A stretch of DNA of 44,305 nt from a virus (IMGVR_UViG_3300005542_000062:1-44305); one strand, 5' to 3'. Numbered from the stretch's first letter, positions 28,052 through 37,496 are shown. Made by a program: numbers and translations. Notes: a model not told the origin generated them from the letters alone.

Positions 28052-28632
28052 TATCTTTGAGCCTCATTTATCTTTCTGTAAAGTTCCAGAGCTTCTGGAC
28101 TAGGTTGACTGATTCTCGGGTCTTTAGGAGCATATAAAGACACAGCTTCCCGAGTATGTAACAAAGACTCAGTTGGCGTTCTACCTTTGTCTTCTAGTTC
28201 CCCAAGAAATTGTTTGATTTCTTCATCCTCAGAACGAGAAACCATGTCTTTTCTTTCCGACGGAGTTGAAACGACCCTTTGACGTGCCATATCGACTATG
28301 AATTGAACTACTTTAAGAGTCGGATGAAGAAATTTGCCGTCGCAGGACTCAAAAACGAAAAATGGCTCATAAGTCCCGCCAGATTCATTGGAAACTTCAG
28401 GATTATTTCCGGGACAGAACTTCTCTAGAATCCAACGGTCTTTGACGTAATTGTATTTTCGGACTTCTCTAGTTCCAGTAAAAGAACGAATGAATAGGTC
28501 ACCGTAAAAATCGTTGAACTGACCAGTTCTCTTCTCAGTGAGAGCTTCGGACCAAACCAGCCTCCAGACCAGTTTGCCATTGAGCATCTTTTCCTGCTCT
28601 TTTAGCCATTTATGAATGAGATTGGCGTTCAT
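28051..28632 (-). CDS. hypothetical protein
   Basis: 193 aa ORF with TAATG coupling. Confidence 0.65.
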   Translation of the reverse strand: MNANLIHKWLKEQEKMLNGKLVWRLVWSEALTEKRTGQFNDFYGDLFIRSFTGTREVRKYNYVKDRWILEKFCPGNNPEVSNESGGTYEPFFVFESCDGKFLHPTLKVVQFIVDMARQRVVSTPSERKDMVSRSEDEEIKQFLGELEDKGRTPTESLLHTREAVSLYAPKDPRISQPSPEALELYRKINEAQR

Positions 28633-28774
28633 TGTCCCACTTCTCGGTGCAGTCTTCGCAAAGATTTAGCTCTTTAGGCACTCCAGGTTGCACTGGAATG
28701 ATAGAGCCATGCTTACCGTCGACTAAGATCTTCGACTTGCACCAATCGCAAATTAATTCATCATTAATTATCAT
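28610..28774 (-). CDS. Zn-finger microprotein (54 aa)
   Basis: Read manually: MIINDELICDWCKS...LCEDCTEKW. Confidence 0.5.
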   Translation of the reverse strand: MIINDELICDWCKSKILVDGKHGSIIPVQPGVPKELNLCEDCTEKWDNERQSHS

Positions 28775-28786
28775 AATATGTAGCTA

Positions 28787-28820
28787 AGAAAAATTCGGGG
28801 GAGGAACTCACTCCTCCCCC
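28787..28820 (-). terminator. intrinsic terminator after the major capsid gene
   Basis: GGGGGAGGA/TCCTCCCCC 9-bp stem followed by a U-rich run on the minus strand. Confidence 0.75.
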
Positions 28821-28833
28821 AAGGAGAAGAAAG

Positions 28834-30105
28834 TTAGTAACCAGCCGGGACAGCGAGATTGTCGATAAACGCCGCGGCCGCCGGATTGTTCATGAACAAA
28901 TTGAAGCTCGCGACGATGTAGAAGATCCACGACGTCGCAACGCCTCCGGTCTGTCCGCGAATTTCCCAGACCCTCTGGTTGTTATCGGGGTTCTGGTAGA
29001 ATCCGGGAGGATGAAGTTCGGCGCGGCCGTAAACATCGGTATCGATGAAGTCGATTCTGGTCCGATCCCAGGAATAGCTGGTTTTGAGGGGCGCCCCAGC
29101 GATTCTCATGTTATCGTTGAAGTAAAGATCGAGCCCCTCTTCCTTCGCCGCTTTGTCGATACGAATGACGTTGAAGCCGAGTTCCTCATAGGCTTGCTGT
29201 TGAGCCGGATGAGTCCAAGCAGTCGTTTTGTTGCGCTGCTTGATACCGACACGGTCGCCGATCTTGTTGATGGCGAGTCGAGGCAGTGGCAAAGTGAGAG
29301 CCGAAGCATTTCCGTTGACTCTATTTGCCCGAATCTCGGGATTCTGTGAACGATCGAATCCGAGCCAAGTCCCGGTCGACGCGTTGGAATCGTGATACTT
29401 CACGCCCAACATTCCAATCGGGGGAGTTGACTGAAGACCCGACATCACGATAAGATCGCCACCAGTGGCGCCCGCAACGGATGGAGTAACGTTGATCGTC
29501 TTATTGGCGAGATCGTACAAAGTGACGGTCGTCTCGTTCTGCAAACCGCCGCCAGTTCTGCAAGTCGTCAGGGTCGAATTAAAGACGTTCAGATTCTGGC
29601 CGAATCGAATGAGGCGCGCCCCGAATCCATCGGTCGTCAGTGTATAGGTATCGACGCCGCCGGCGGTCGAGACGGAAGTGATTGTTCCTAGAGTTCCAGT
29701 ACCGTCCGTCATGCACTGCGAATCGACTTGACGCCGAAACTCCTTCATTGCAGTCGATAGGTTGTGACGGAAAGCATTGATAACCGCTTTTCGGTTATTG
29801 TCCGTCGCCCACATTGTTTTCGTGGTGAACTCAACCGCGTGCTTCAAATGCACGGAATTGACGATAGCCTTGTCAAAGGTCGGCATATCGCCACGGCCCA
29901 TGTCCGCGCCGTCCGGGTTGTAGTAACCAGTTTTCCCACCAGGACGCATTTCGAGAGGAACTCTCATGTCCCGAGATGAGATGACTTCAACAGGGCGCTT
30001 CTCAATCGTCGAGTAGAAAACGTCGTCTCGATCGAAAAGCGCCGGAACTTTGGGTAGGACGCGCTCAAGTTCCGCGCCTACGACTTGAGACTCGTTGCCG
30101 GCCAT
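28834..30105 (-). CDS. major capsid protein
   Basis: 423 aa. It follows the scaffold gene, shows high-expression codon bias and has a downstream terminator. Contains DGTG.L. Confidence 0.8.
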   Translation of the reverse strand: MAGNESQVVGAELERVLPKVPALFDRDDVFYSTIEKRPVEVISSRDMRVPLEMRPGGKTGYYNPDGADMGRGDMPTFDKAIVNSVHLKHAVEFTTKTMWATDNNRKAVINAFRHNLSTAMKEFRRQVDSQCMTDGTGTLGTITSVSTAGGVDTYTLTTDGFGARLIRFGQNLNVFNSTLTTCRTGGGLQNETTVTLYDLANKTINVTPSVAGATGGDLIVMSGLQSTPPIGMLGVKYHDSNASTGTWLGFDRSQNPEIRANRVNGNASALTLPLPRLAINKIGDRVGIKQRNKTTAWTHPAQQQAYEELGFNVIRIDKAAKEEGLDLYFNDNMRIAGAPLKTSYSWDRTRIDFIDTDVYGRAELHPPGFYQNPDNNQRVWEIRGQTGGVATSWIFYIVASFNLFMNNPAAAAFIDNLAVPAGY

Positions 30106-30107
30106 TT

Positions 30108-31373
30108 TCAGCTCCGATAAGTGATGTTATCGTTGATCAGATCCTCGTCCGATGTCTTGGAGTAATCAACTTTCCGCGAAGAATCGAAAGTTCCGGTTCT
30201 CTTCGCGGGCGCGCCTCCTCCTCCACCTTCAGGACGTCGGGTCCTCTCAGCTACTTCCCTTGTTCTACCGGATCTTTTGGACTCCGTTCCAAGAGCTTCC
30301 GATACTAAACGGGAGCGAGAAGCTGTTACTAGCTGACGGGCGCGTGCCAGGAACGCGGAGATTATTCTGGTCTTCCACTCAGCCGTATAGCTACTCTTTT
30401 TCGCCTTCTCCCATAGACCATCCATGTACTTCATGTGGTCCTTGTCCGCACTCATTTGAGATTGGACGTCTTGCGAAATTTTCTCGATCAAAGTCTTTCT
30501 CATCCAAGGAGAGAAAATCTCATCTGGATCGAGGCGGTCTTTTCCGTTCTTGTCCTTCGCTGTAATCATTGAGGACAAGCCATTGAAGGCCATTGTACGG
30601 ATGTCGCTATCGAACGCTTCGTAACGTTCTTTGTAGAACTTCTCTCGCTCTGGATCTTTCTTCTCTTCCGTTTGGAGGGTTGGGATGAATGTCTTTTTCT
30701 TGTCGAGAATGTCCTGAGCTTGCTCTCCGAAGCAGTACTCGGCGAACAATTTCGCGGCGTCTTTCGTTTTGTCGTCTTTCGCCGACTCGTAAAGGCCACG
30801 CACCATTGATTCAAGAATTGGGTTGGCGGCCGCCCAATGAGCGTCTTGATCGACTTTAAACAACGCCGGCAAGATGCGTTCCGAAAAACGGATTAGAGCT
30901 TTTGGATCGGTCTCTTTGATGGAAGACAAGAACGCCGTACCGTCACCCTCAAAGATGCTCGACTTCGCAGAATCCAGAGCTTGAGCACTCTCAAGAGCGG
31001 TCTTGGCGTCGTCGATGTTCGTGAAAAGTTCCGTATAAGCCTTTTCACGGAAGATGACATCTTTTAGACCGGGGAACTTGTCGAAGAGTTTGTCATCGTA
31101 TTTCTTGAGGTCCGTGAAAGTTGGTCTTTCGTGAGGAGCTAGTTCCTTTGTAGGTTCTCCTTTACCCTCCTCTTCTTCCTCTAACCTTTCCGCCTCTTCA
31201 CGAGTTTCGCGTTCCTCGTCCGTTTCTTCATGCTCGTCTTCTTTGGGTTCGTCTTCTTTAGGTGGAATCTCCTCATTGAGTAAAGCAAGATCTTCAGAGA
31301 GACCAGTTGACCCGTCCAGGCTATCCGGACTTCTCAAGACGCTTTTTAAGGCAAAATTCTTTAAGCTAGACAT
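30108..31373 (-). CDS. capsid scaffolding protein
   Basis: Acidic N-terminus, helical and charged. Immediately upstream of the MCP. Confidence 0.7.
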   Translation of the reverse strand: MSSLKNFALKSVLRSPDSLDGSTGLSEDLALLNEEIPPKEDEPKEDEHEETDEERETREEAERLEEEEEGKGEPTKELAPHERPTFTDLKKYDDKLFDKFPGLKDVIFREKAYTELFTNIDDAKTALESAQALDSAKSSIFEGDGTAFLSSIKETDPKALIRFSERILPALFKVDQDAHWAAANPILESMVRGLYESAKDDKTKDAAKLFAEYCFGEQAQDILDKKKTFIPTLQTEEKKDPEREKFYKERYEAFDSDIRTMAFNGLSSMITAKDKNGKDRLDPDEIFSPWMRKTLIEKISQDVQSQMSADKDHMKYMDGLWEKAKKSSYTAEWKTRIISAFLARARQLVTASRSRLVSEALGTESKRSGRTREVAERTRRPEGGGGGAPAKRTGTFDSSRKVDYSKTSDEDLINDNITYRS

Positions 31374-32641
31374 AATTCTTCCTCCCTGACATCATCGTAC
31401 ATTTTAGGTAGTACGTCACCCAAATCGGTCCTGTATTGCATGTCCGGAATGCAAATCTCCTCGATCGCTTTGTAACATTTTTCGATAGATTCTTTGCAGT
31501 CAGAGTCTGCAAAGGAAACGACCGCGATCACTCCGGTACCGTCACTGTGAACTAACTGATCACCACAAGTCATGACTTCGTAGAAATAGTAATTCTTCTC
31601 AAATCTCTCGGGGAAATCTAGTGGAATTCCATAGTTGGGACTAGATTTCTTGACATCTTTAATTGACGGCGGCTCAAGAGGATATGGTGGAATAGAAACT
31701 CGAACTCCCGAAGCAAAATCTCCTGAAACTTTCATCTCTTTAGTTTGACCCTTGACAATATCCGAAATCAATTGACCAACGTCTTGCTTCAAAAGTTGCA
31801 AAAAAGTCGGCATTGCGTCGAGTCCAAATCTTGGAGTCCACTCAAGCCCAAAAACTCCGTCCTCATTAACAATTGTGTTGAGATCGATAGCGCCAACGAA
31901 TCCATTCTCGACCAGTTTCTTTTCCGCACGTCGAATACCTCTTTCGAGAACTTTAGAATCATCACAGCGCCAAACTAGATTCCCTTGACAACCAGTTGAT
32001 TGACCAAGATCGTCGTTCATGAATTTCTTGACTTCAACTGTTTGATTCGCGGGCGTTACAAAACCATTGGGGCCGCACCAGAATTCACTTGAGACAATAC
32101 TACCCTCGACGAATCTTTGAAGTATAAAATCTTTGATCTCTTCTTTGAAGTACATCTCGACCCACTTGATGTAGCCGATTAACTCTCGCGAATCTTCTCC
32201 GACATAAGTGAGCCTTGAGGGTAAGTCCCCCGAGGGTTTGAACACAAACCTTTCATCCCGCGAATGGTTTAGGAAGTCATAGGCTTTGCTGAACTCTTTC
32301 TTCTTGAATTCATAAGTATCCGGAATGTCGATACCGCAATCCTGCATGAACTCAAGACCAAAGTTCCGAGAATTTTCGAGCTTATCATGGAATTCACTAG
32401 CACCGAAAACATGGACACCATGTTTTCGGTAGAGATCAGCTTCATAACCGAAAGAAGAAGAATCGAAGATGACAATTTCATCTTTATCAGGACTGCAAGT
32501 CTTTTCTTTTTCGATTATTCCATCGTAAACGGAGTAATAGTCTTTCTCACTGATGTAAAGACGGACAGAGTTCCCCTCTTGCCTGATCTTCTCAAGCAAG
32601 CCGCAGCCTTCTCCGCACTTTGACATCATGAAAAACTTCAT
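31361..32641 (-). CDS. PurD (phosphoribosylamine-glycine ligase)-like ATP-grasp enzyme
   Basis: VFGAS..KLENSR, FVFKPSG, FILQRFVEG, EVKKFMNDDLGQSTGCQG, EWTPRFG and MQYRTDLG align with PurD motifs. Confidence 0.85.
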   Translation of the reverse strand: MKFFMMSKCGEGCGLLEKIRQEGNSVRLYISEKDYYSVYDGIIEKEKTCSPDKDEIVIFDSSSFGYEADLYRKHGVHVFGASEFHDKLENSRNFGLEFMQDCGIDIPDTYEFKKKEFSKAYDFLNHSRDERFVFKPSGDLPSRLTYVGEDSRELIGYIKWVEMYFKEEIKDFILQRFVEGSIVSSEFWCGPNGFVTPANQTVEVKKFMNDDLGQSTGCQGNLVWRCDDSKVLERGIRRAEKKLVENGFVGAIDLNTIVNEDGVFGLEWTPRFGLDAMPTFLQLLKQDVGQLISDIVKGQTKEMKVSGDFASGVRVSIPPYPLEPPSIKDVKKSSPNYGIPLDFPERFEKNYYFYEVMTCGDQLVHSDGTGVIAVVSFADSDCKESIEKCYKAIEEICIPDMQYRTDLGDVLPKMYDDVREEELCLA

Positions 32642-32985
32642 GAAGCCGCTGTCACCGTAATCGTAACTGGTGGAATTACAATAGTCGTTTGAATCGAAAT
32701 TTGAGTCGGTGGGGAAGCAATTGATTCCACTGAATTATTGATCGACGTCACATAGTAGCAATATAATTGACCGAGTACGACCGTTGAGTCTGTGAAATTA
32801 ATAGTCGTGATTGCCGACGCGACTTTCGTGAACGGAGCCGTAACGCAAGATCCCACTGCTCTATAGACGTTGTATGTAATCCCAGTGACAGCATTGGCAG
32901 GGGGGTTAACCCAAGAAATTGATATAGAATGCTGAGCGAGAGCAGAAGTCGCTAGCAAAAATAGCAAAATAACTAACTTTTTCAT
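32638..32985 (-). CDS. secreted fibronectin type III-like protein
   Basis: Signal peptide MKKLVILLFLLATSALA-Q, then ISW..YNVYR..FTD..YCYYVTS..ES. Confidence 0.75.
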   Translation of the reverse strand: MKKLVILLFLLATSALAQHSISISWVNPPANAVTGITYNVYRAVGSCVTAPFTKVASAITTINFTDSTVVLGQLYCYYVTSINNSVESIASPPTQISIQTTIVIPPVTITVTAAS

Positions 32986-32994
32986 GCTTTTCTC

Positions 32995-33627
32995 CTAATT
33001 GGAAACTAAAATTTCGAGCAAACGATTCGATGCCGTAAGAGTGTTACCAGTTGAGCAGTGTTGAATGTCGACTGTATGAGATCCAGCAGCTTGAGAAGCA
33101 ATTCTCCATTGAAAGTTACCATTTCCAACAAAACCACTACCAAAAGACTGAGCTTGTTGATGGGAATCCGCTACTGTATCGATTACAGCTTGATGAGCTA
33201 ATGTAAAAGGCCCTCCAGCCGCTGCCCATTGAGATGAATATTGAATAATGACATTTGAGATACTCCCCAATGAATAGGTTATCGTATCCGGAGTAGTCAA
33301 ATCTGCAAAAGTAGTATAAGCGCCAAAAGATCCACCGCAAATTGACGCATTCGCTTGACTAGTTGCGATGAAAACTGAGGCAAAAACTCCAACTGTTGAT
33401 CCAGATCCGGAAGCTATCGATGTCCAAGCATTCGCAAAGGGATCACAGAATTTTATCGATGTTGATCCTGTTGCGACATTGAACCTTCTCGGCGGACAAG
33501 GCCCAGATAACGGCGACGCACTCAAGATAGTCGGATTCGGTGGCTGCGCGGGCGACTCTTTCCCCGTAAAGACAAGCAAAGCTGCTAATGTTACGCAGGA
33601 AAGCCCCAAAATTAACGCTGGTTTCAT
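32995..33627 (-). CDS. secreted or membrane-anchored beta-rich protein
   Basis: N-terminal hydrophobic segment, S/G/A/T-rich, with AAGSHTVDIQ. Confidence 0.6.
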   Translation of the reverse strand: MKPALILGLSCVTLAALLVFTGKESPAQPPNPTILSASPLSGPCPPRRFNVATGSTSIKFCDPFANAWTSIASGSGSTVGVFASVFIATSQANASICGGSFGAYTTFADLTTPDTITYSLGSISNVIIQYSSQWAAAGGPFTLAHQAVIDTVADSHQQAQSFGSGFVGNGNFQWRIASQAAGSHTVDIQHCSTGNTLTASNRLLEILVSN

Positions 33628-33975
33628 TTATACATACTCCAAATCGAGTTCGTAGACCATCGAATTCACTTGAGGAACCAGTTTATAGTCCCTCAAACAG
33701 ATCGAATTCCGCATCGACGGTCCGACTTCGTAAGTATCACCGCCAGTTAAGGGACGTCCAGAGGTATTTGCGACGTTTAAGTCCGCGACTGTCAAAGTAT
33801 TCGCCGCATTCGCTGTATCAGACGTAATTTTCAGAAAACAGCAACGGTCTGGCAAGATTCCATCTGTTGGTTTAGCGCCAGTTATCGCCGTCGCACCATT
33901 GGCTCCCGTCATTGCATCGTAAAGGGAGCGCGCCGTTGTATCTGCCGGTAAAGTTACTTTAAAACTTCGATGCAT
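33628..33975 (-). CDS. putative structural beta-sandwich protein
   Basis: TAATG coupling to the portal gene. Confidence 0.55.
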   Translation of the reverse strand: MHRSFKVTLPADTTARSLYDAMTGANGATAITGAKPTDGILPDRCCFLKITSDTANAANTLTVADLNVANTSGRPLTGGDTYEVGPSMRNSICLRDYKLVPQVNSMVYELDLEYV

Positions 33976-36170
33976 TACATTGCTCCTTGCTGTGCGGCTC
34001 CATTAACTCTCTGTGGAGGGCCGCCCGGTAACATCTTAGGAGGTGGCACGCCCGGTTTAGCTTGACCTGGAGCTTGTCCAGGAGCTTGAGGAGGCGGAGC
34101 CATCGCTTGAATGTGCTGTTGTAAGTGCTGAGCTAGTCTAGCATAAGCAAGAGGATTCGATTTTTGAAGCTCCAAACCGGGTCCGCCGACCATAAACGCG
34201 CGCAAAACCTGAATGTGAACGGGATGTTCGTCGACCAATTGATCGACGTTGACCATTTCTCCTCGAACAAGCTCCCGAATCTCTCTGGATTGCTTGGCTC
34301 TTTGATCGTCTCCAGGGATAGTAAAGTCTGGATTTGAGAGATAATCTCGTAGAAGTTTGCGATTCTGAGGTAAATAGAGAGCTTGATTGAGGAATTCGTT
34401 GTTCATCTCGATAAGTTTCATCAACAGAGCTTGCTTTTGAGGTTGACTTAGCGGAAAAGACTCAGATCCTTCACTCTCAACTTCTCCAACATGACCACTA
34501 AGCTCGGCGCGCTTGATCCAAACGTTGATATAATCGCCGTCATCGTTCTTTGTGACGTAGCGTTCATCTTCAATCATGTTCTCAACGAACAAATGAACGC
34601 ATTTTTCGAGCATCCGAGCCGTCCAATCGGTAATCAATGACCATGCAATTGTGAGTCTTTGCAAGGCCATTTGACGACTCATGTTATATTCCGAAGCTGT
34701 GCGAGATTTGCCCTCAGCTGCTCCACCATAAATTGAAGGGAAACTTCCAGTAACAAATTGTCCCAATTGTTCGAGTTGTTTCGCAAATCCCGCCACTTCT
34801 CGCGACAGCGTTGCTCTAGATCCTTCGTAGAAAGCATCAGCGAGTCTCTGTCCCGTTCGTGGCCGAGCAGGGTAAATGATCCCCGGTCGAGCTTCATGAC
34901 GAGAATAGACCTCAAAATCCAGAACTCCTGGGTCAGCGAATCCACTTGGGATACCATGCTCGATGGTTTCTTGGGTAAGATTGAGGTTGACATTCGTGAT
35001 TTCCTGAATTGGAATTAAACTCTGACCCATCGGGTCGCAATGAATGAATTGGGAAAGGCCGCACTGACCAATTGTCCAGTGCTTATCCACATCTTCATCG
35101 CGAGAACAAGCATATTTGGTCCCAACAAATTCAACTCTAACTCCATTGGGGAACAACTTTTGAAGCTTCTTTTTCTCTTCTTTTTTTGTCTCACCAAGTT
35201 TTTCAAACGCCCAATATCGGAGCCAAGCTCTTTTATGAGTCATTAGCTCGCGATTCTCGTCTATTGTATTGTAGCTTGAGTAAGAAGAAGGCGTACGTGC
35301 CATTCTTTCGTAGAGGCCCTGTTCTCCTTTATCTTCATCGATGGCATCGGCGCAATGTGGAAAAATATGTTTGAGAAAAGCTTTATGACGATCTTGATTG
35401 AGGACTAAATAAGGAGTTTCTTTTTGACTTGCAACTTGATAAGAGACTTTAAAGAAAAGGGGACTAAAGCACTCGATCATTACTCTTGACTTGGGGCTAT
35501 GATCGAAACCGTCTAGAACTGGGATGAATTGAAGGGGTCCACCGCATGTCGGACAGGGTTCGCCTTGATATTCTTCTTCCTCATCAATGGGTTTTTCGGT
35601 TTCGCAATTGGGACAAGTCAGCGCGGTTCTGTAATTCGGAATATTAACTTCTCCAAAACTTTTGTCGGTACGAGAAGCGTGATAGGCACCGACAACGCCC
35701 TGATTCCACATCGTGAACAAAGCCCTGAGAAATACAATCTTAAATTTGTTATGGCGCTGAATCAGGTCCGATATCTTTGCGTAAACTTGGGATGTCGATA
35801 TATCGTCCTCATCGTCAGCATCGTCCGGAGGGAAGCGAACCGCTGGAATCTGAGAGGAGAGGGCCGCGATAATAGCCTCCCCATGAGCGCGGTAAATGTT
35901 CGCGACGAAATCATAGAACGGTCCTTCCGCTTCTTCTCGACCTTCTTCTTGCTGGAACCATCGAGTATCAGTCGGAGAAATCCAATCTTGCCTCGATTCA
36001 GACCAAAAGATGAATTGAATCCCATGCCAAAACTCGTCATTCTTCTTCCAGAGTTTGATCTGCTGTTTACGGACCCATGCGTCTTCTTTCTCGTAATCAT
36101 CTACGAGTTCTTTGAGACACACTACGAGATCATCTGGAAGATTCTCGTTATTCTTTCCGTAGTCAGGCAA
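33975..36170 (-). CDS. portal protein
   Basis: 731 aa between terL and the scaffold gene, with RTASE and a Q/P-rich C-terminal tail typical of P22-like portals. Confidence 0.8.
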   Translation of the reverse strand: MPDYGKNNENLPDDLVVCLKELVDDYEKEDAWVRKQQIKLWKKNDEFWHGIQFIFWSESRQDWISPTDTRWFQQEEGREEAEGPFYDFVANIYRAHGEAIIAALSSQIPAVRFPPDDADDEDDISTSQVYAKISDLIQRHNKFKIVFLRALFTMWNQGVVGAYHASRTDKSFGEVNIPNYRTALTCPNCETEKPIDEEEEYQGEPCPTCGGPLQFIPVLDGFDHSPKSRVMIECFSPLFFKVSYQVASQKETPYLVLNQDRHKAFLKHIFPHCADAIDEDKGEQGLYERMARTPSSYSSYNTIDENRELMTHKRAWLRYWAFEKLGETKKEEKKKLQKLFPNGVRVEFVGTKYACSRDEDVDKHWTIGQCGLSQFIHCDPMGQSLIPIQEITNVNLNLTQETIEHGIPSGFADPGVLDFEVYSRHEARPGIIYPARPRTGQRLADAFYEGSRATLSREVAGFAKQLEQLGQFVTGSFPSIYGGAAEGKSRTASEYNMSRQMALQRLTIAWSLITDWTARMLEKCVHLFVENMIEDERYVTKNDDGDYINVWIKRAELSGHVGEVESEGSESFPLSQPQKQALLMKLIEMNNEFLNQALYLPQNRKLLRDYLSNPDFTIPGDDQRAKQSREIRELVRGEMVNVDQLVDEHPVHIQVLRAFMVGGPGLELQKSNPLAYARLAQHLQQHIQAMAPPPQAPGQAPGQAKPGVPPPKMLPGGPPQRVNGAAQQGAM

Positions 36171-36381
36171 GAGTTAATTCCTCTTCGTATTCTAGAGACT
36201 TCCTATTGATATACATCGATGCTAGGGTCGTTCTATTTCGCGCCCCAGTCTTCTTGAAAAGCCGAGAAGTGTAACACTTAACAGTTTTTAAAGATAAAGA
36301 CAGTTCCTCGGCGATTTCTTTATTGAGCATTCCTTTTGATATCATCTCGGCTAATTCTAGCTCTCTAGGAGTTAATTTCAT
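36163..36381 (-). CDS. LuxR/GerE-type HTH regulator
   Basis: LTPRELE..GMLNKEIAEELSLSLKTVK..LFKKTGARNRT. Confidence 0.9.
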   Translation of the reverse strand: MKLTPRELELAEMISKGMLNKEIAEELSLSLKTVKCYTSRLFKKTGARNRTTLASMYINRKSLEYEEELTLA

Positions 36382-36386
36382 ATTTC

Positions 36387-36424
36387 AAAAGCGGGCCTCC
36401 CTAGCTCCCCCAAAGGAAGCCCGC
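36387..36424 (-). terminator. intrinsic terminator
   Basis: Minus strand GCGGGCTTCC...GGAGGCCCGC followed by TTTT. Confidence 0.65.
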
Positions 36425-36449
36425 CCCCCCTCAAGAACCACTTACGCGA

Positions 36450-37211
36450 CTAAGCAGTTCCGAGAACGTAGTAAACGTACACCTCGAAGGCGCCAGCGGT
36501 CAACGGCCCAGTCGCGACAGTTATGTTGATCTGTCCGGTGGCCGTCATCTTGACAGGCGCGGCCAAAGTTACGGTTCCGTTAAACGGAGTCGCAACGACG
36601 AAAGTTGCTTTGCCCGTCGCGGTTAAGATCGAATTGCCGGCCGATCCAGCCGTCGTTCCAATCGCGACAGTTGCCGCGCCGGCTGCTGTAACGGCCGCAG
36701 TCGTATTGACAGTTGCCCCGATTAGAAGTGCATTGATCGGGATAACGTCAGAGACTGACGGCGTTACAGAAGCGCCCCCGTCAACGGAGAAGTCATAACG
36801 CATGACCGCAACGTTGACGAAGTTTCTCTGAACTGGTGTGTATGCGGCATACGCTCCGACGGTCGTGTCAATGTAATTGTTTTGCGAAATTCCTACAACA
36901 AGACCAATCGCAGCGTTTGATCCCGAAGGGTAAGCCGTCGACGCGCCCGTACAAACGACGTCATAAGCAACGGCTCCCGGAGCGGGATTCCATGAGAGAG
37001 CAACGAAGTTTCCGACCGCATTGGGCGCGCCCGATTGAGCGGGAAAACCGCCTCCCAATCCTGCCGGAGTATTGGATACGAGAACGGGACCAGCGAAAAC
37101 GCTTCTATCTCCATCGGCGTAAATTGCTTGGACCCAGTAGTTTCTTGCAGTCGTGCCTCCAGGGGCTCCAAAATAACGGGCGACTAGACCGGTAACAGGA
37201 GGTGGTAGCAT
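36450..37211 (-). CDS. putative capsid decoration/structural protein
   Basis: A/G/T/V-rich two-domain beta protein ending LTAGAFEVYVYY, with a terminator downstream. Confidence 0.6.
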   Translation of the reverse strand: MLPPPVTGLVARYFGAPGGTTARNYWVQAIYADGDRSVFAGPVLVSNTPAGLGGGFPAQSGAPNAVGNFVALSWNPAPGAVAYDVVCTGASTAYPSGSNAAIGLVVGISQNNYIDTTVGAYAAYTPVQRNFVNVAVMRYDFSVDGGASVTPSVSDVIPINALLIGATVNTTAAVTAAGAATVAIGTTAGSAGNSILTATGKATFVVATPFNGTVTLAAPVKMTATGQINITVATGPLTAGAFEVYVYYVLGTA

Positions 37212-37214
37212 GTT

Positions 37215-37496
37215 TTACTTCCTTTCTTTCTCAAGTACGCGAAGTCTGACTTCGTGATCTTTGAGAGTTTCGGCATGATCGTCGACTAGCATCTTATAAG
37301 GTCCAAAATCATGCTTCCAATCTCTTAGATATTTTATTTCTTCTCTTAAATCCGCTTGAAACTTTTCCGCCGCTAAATGCTCGGCTCTTTGATTGGCTTC
37401 GATAACAGCAACAGTTGAGATTAATTTAGAATAATAAACCACCCCAGCAATGACTTGTCCAAGTATTGCGCTCGTCGCAATTAACCACTCAGCCAT
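37215..37496 (-). CDS. membrane protein with coiled coil (holin/lysis candidate)
   Basis: N-terminal TM segment and C-terminal LKDHEVRLRVLE. Confidence 0.5.
   Translation of the reverse strand: MAEWLIATSAILGQVIAGVVYYSKLISTVAVIEANQRAEHLAAEKFQADLREEIKYLRDWKHDFGPYKMLVDDHAETLKDHEVRLRVLEKERK

Noticed and set aside
31361-32641. Labelling the ATP-grasp gene as a bona fide purD auxiliary metabolic gene
   Set aside because: Substrate motifs diverge, no other pur genes are present, and it sits in a structural operon.
35529-36209. Long antisense ORFs (e.g. 35529-36209 +, 27452-28033 +, 3098-3622 -)
   Set aside because: They are shadow frames opposite well-supported genes, with no RBS or motifs.
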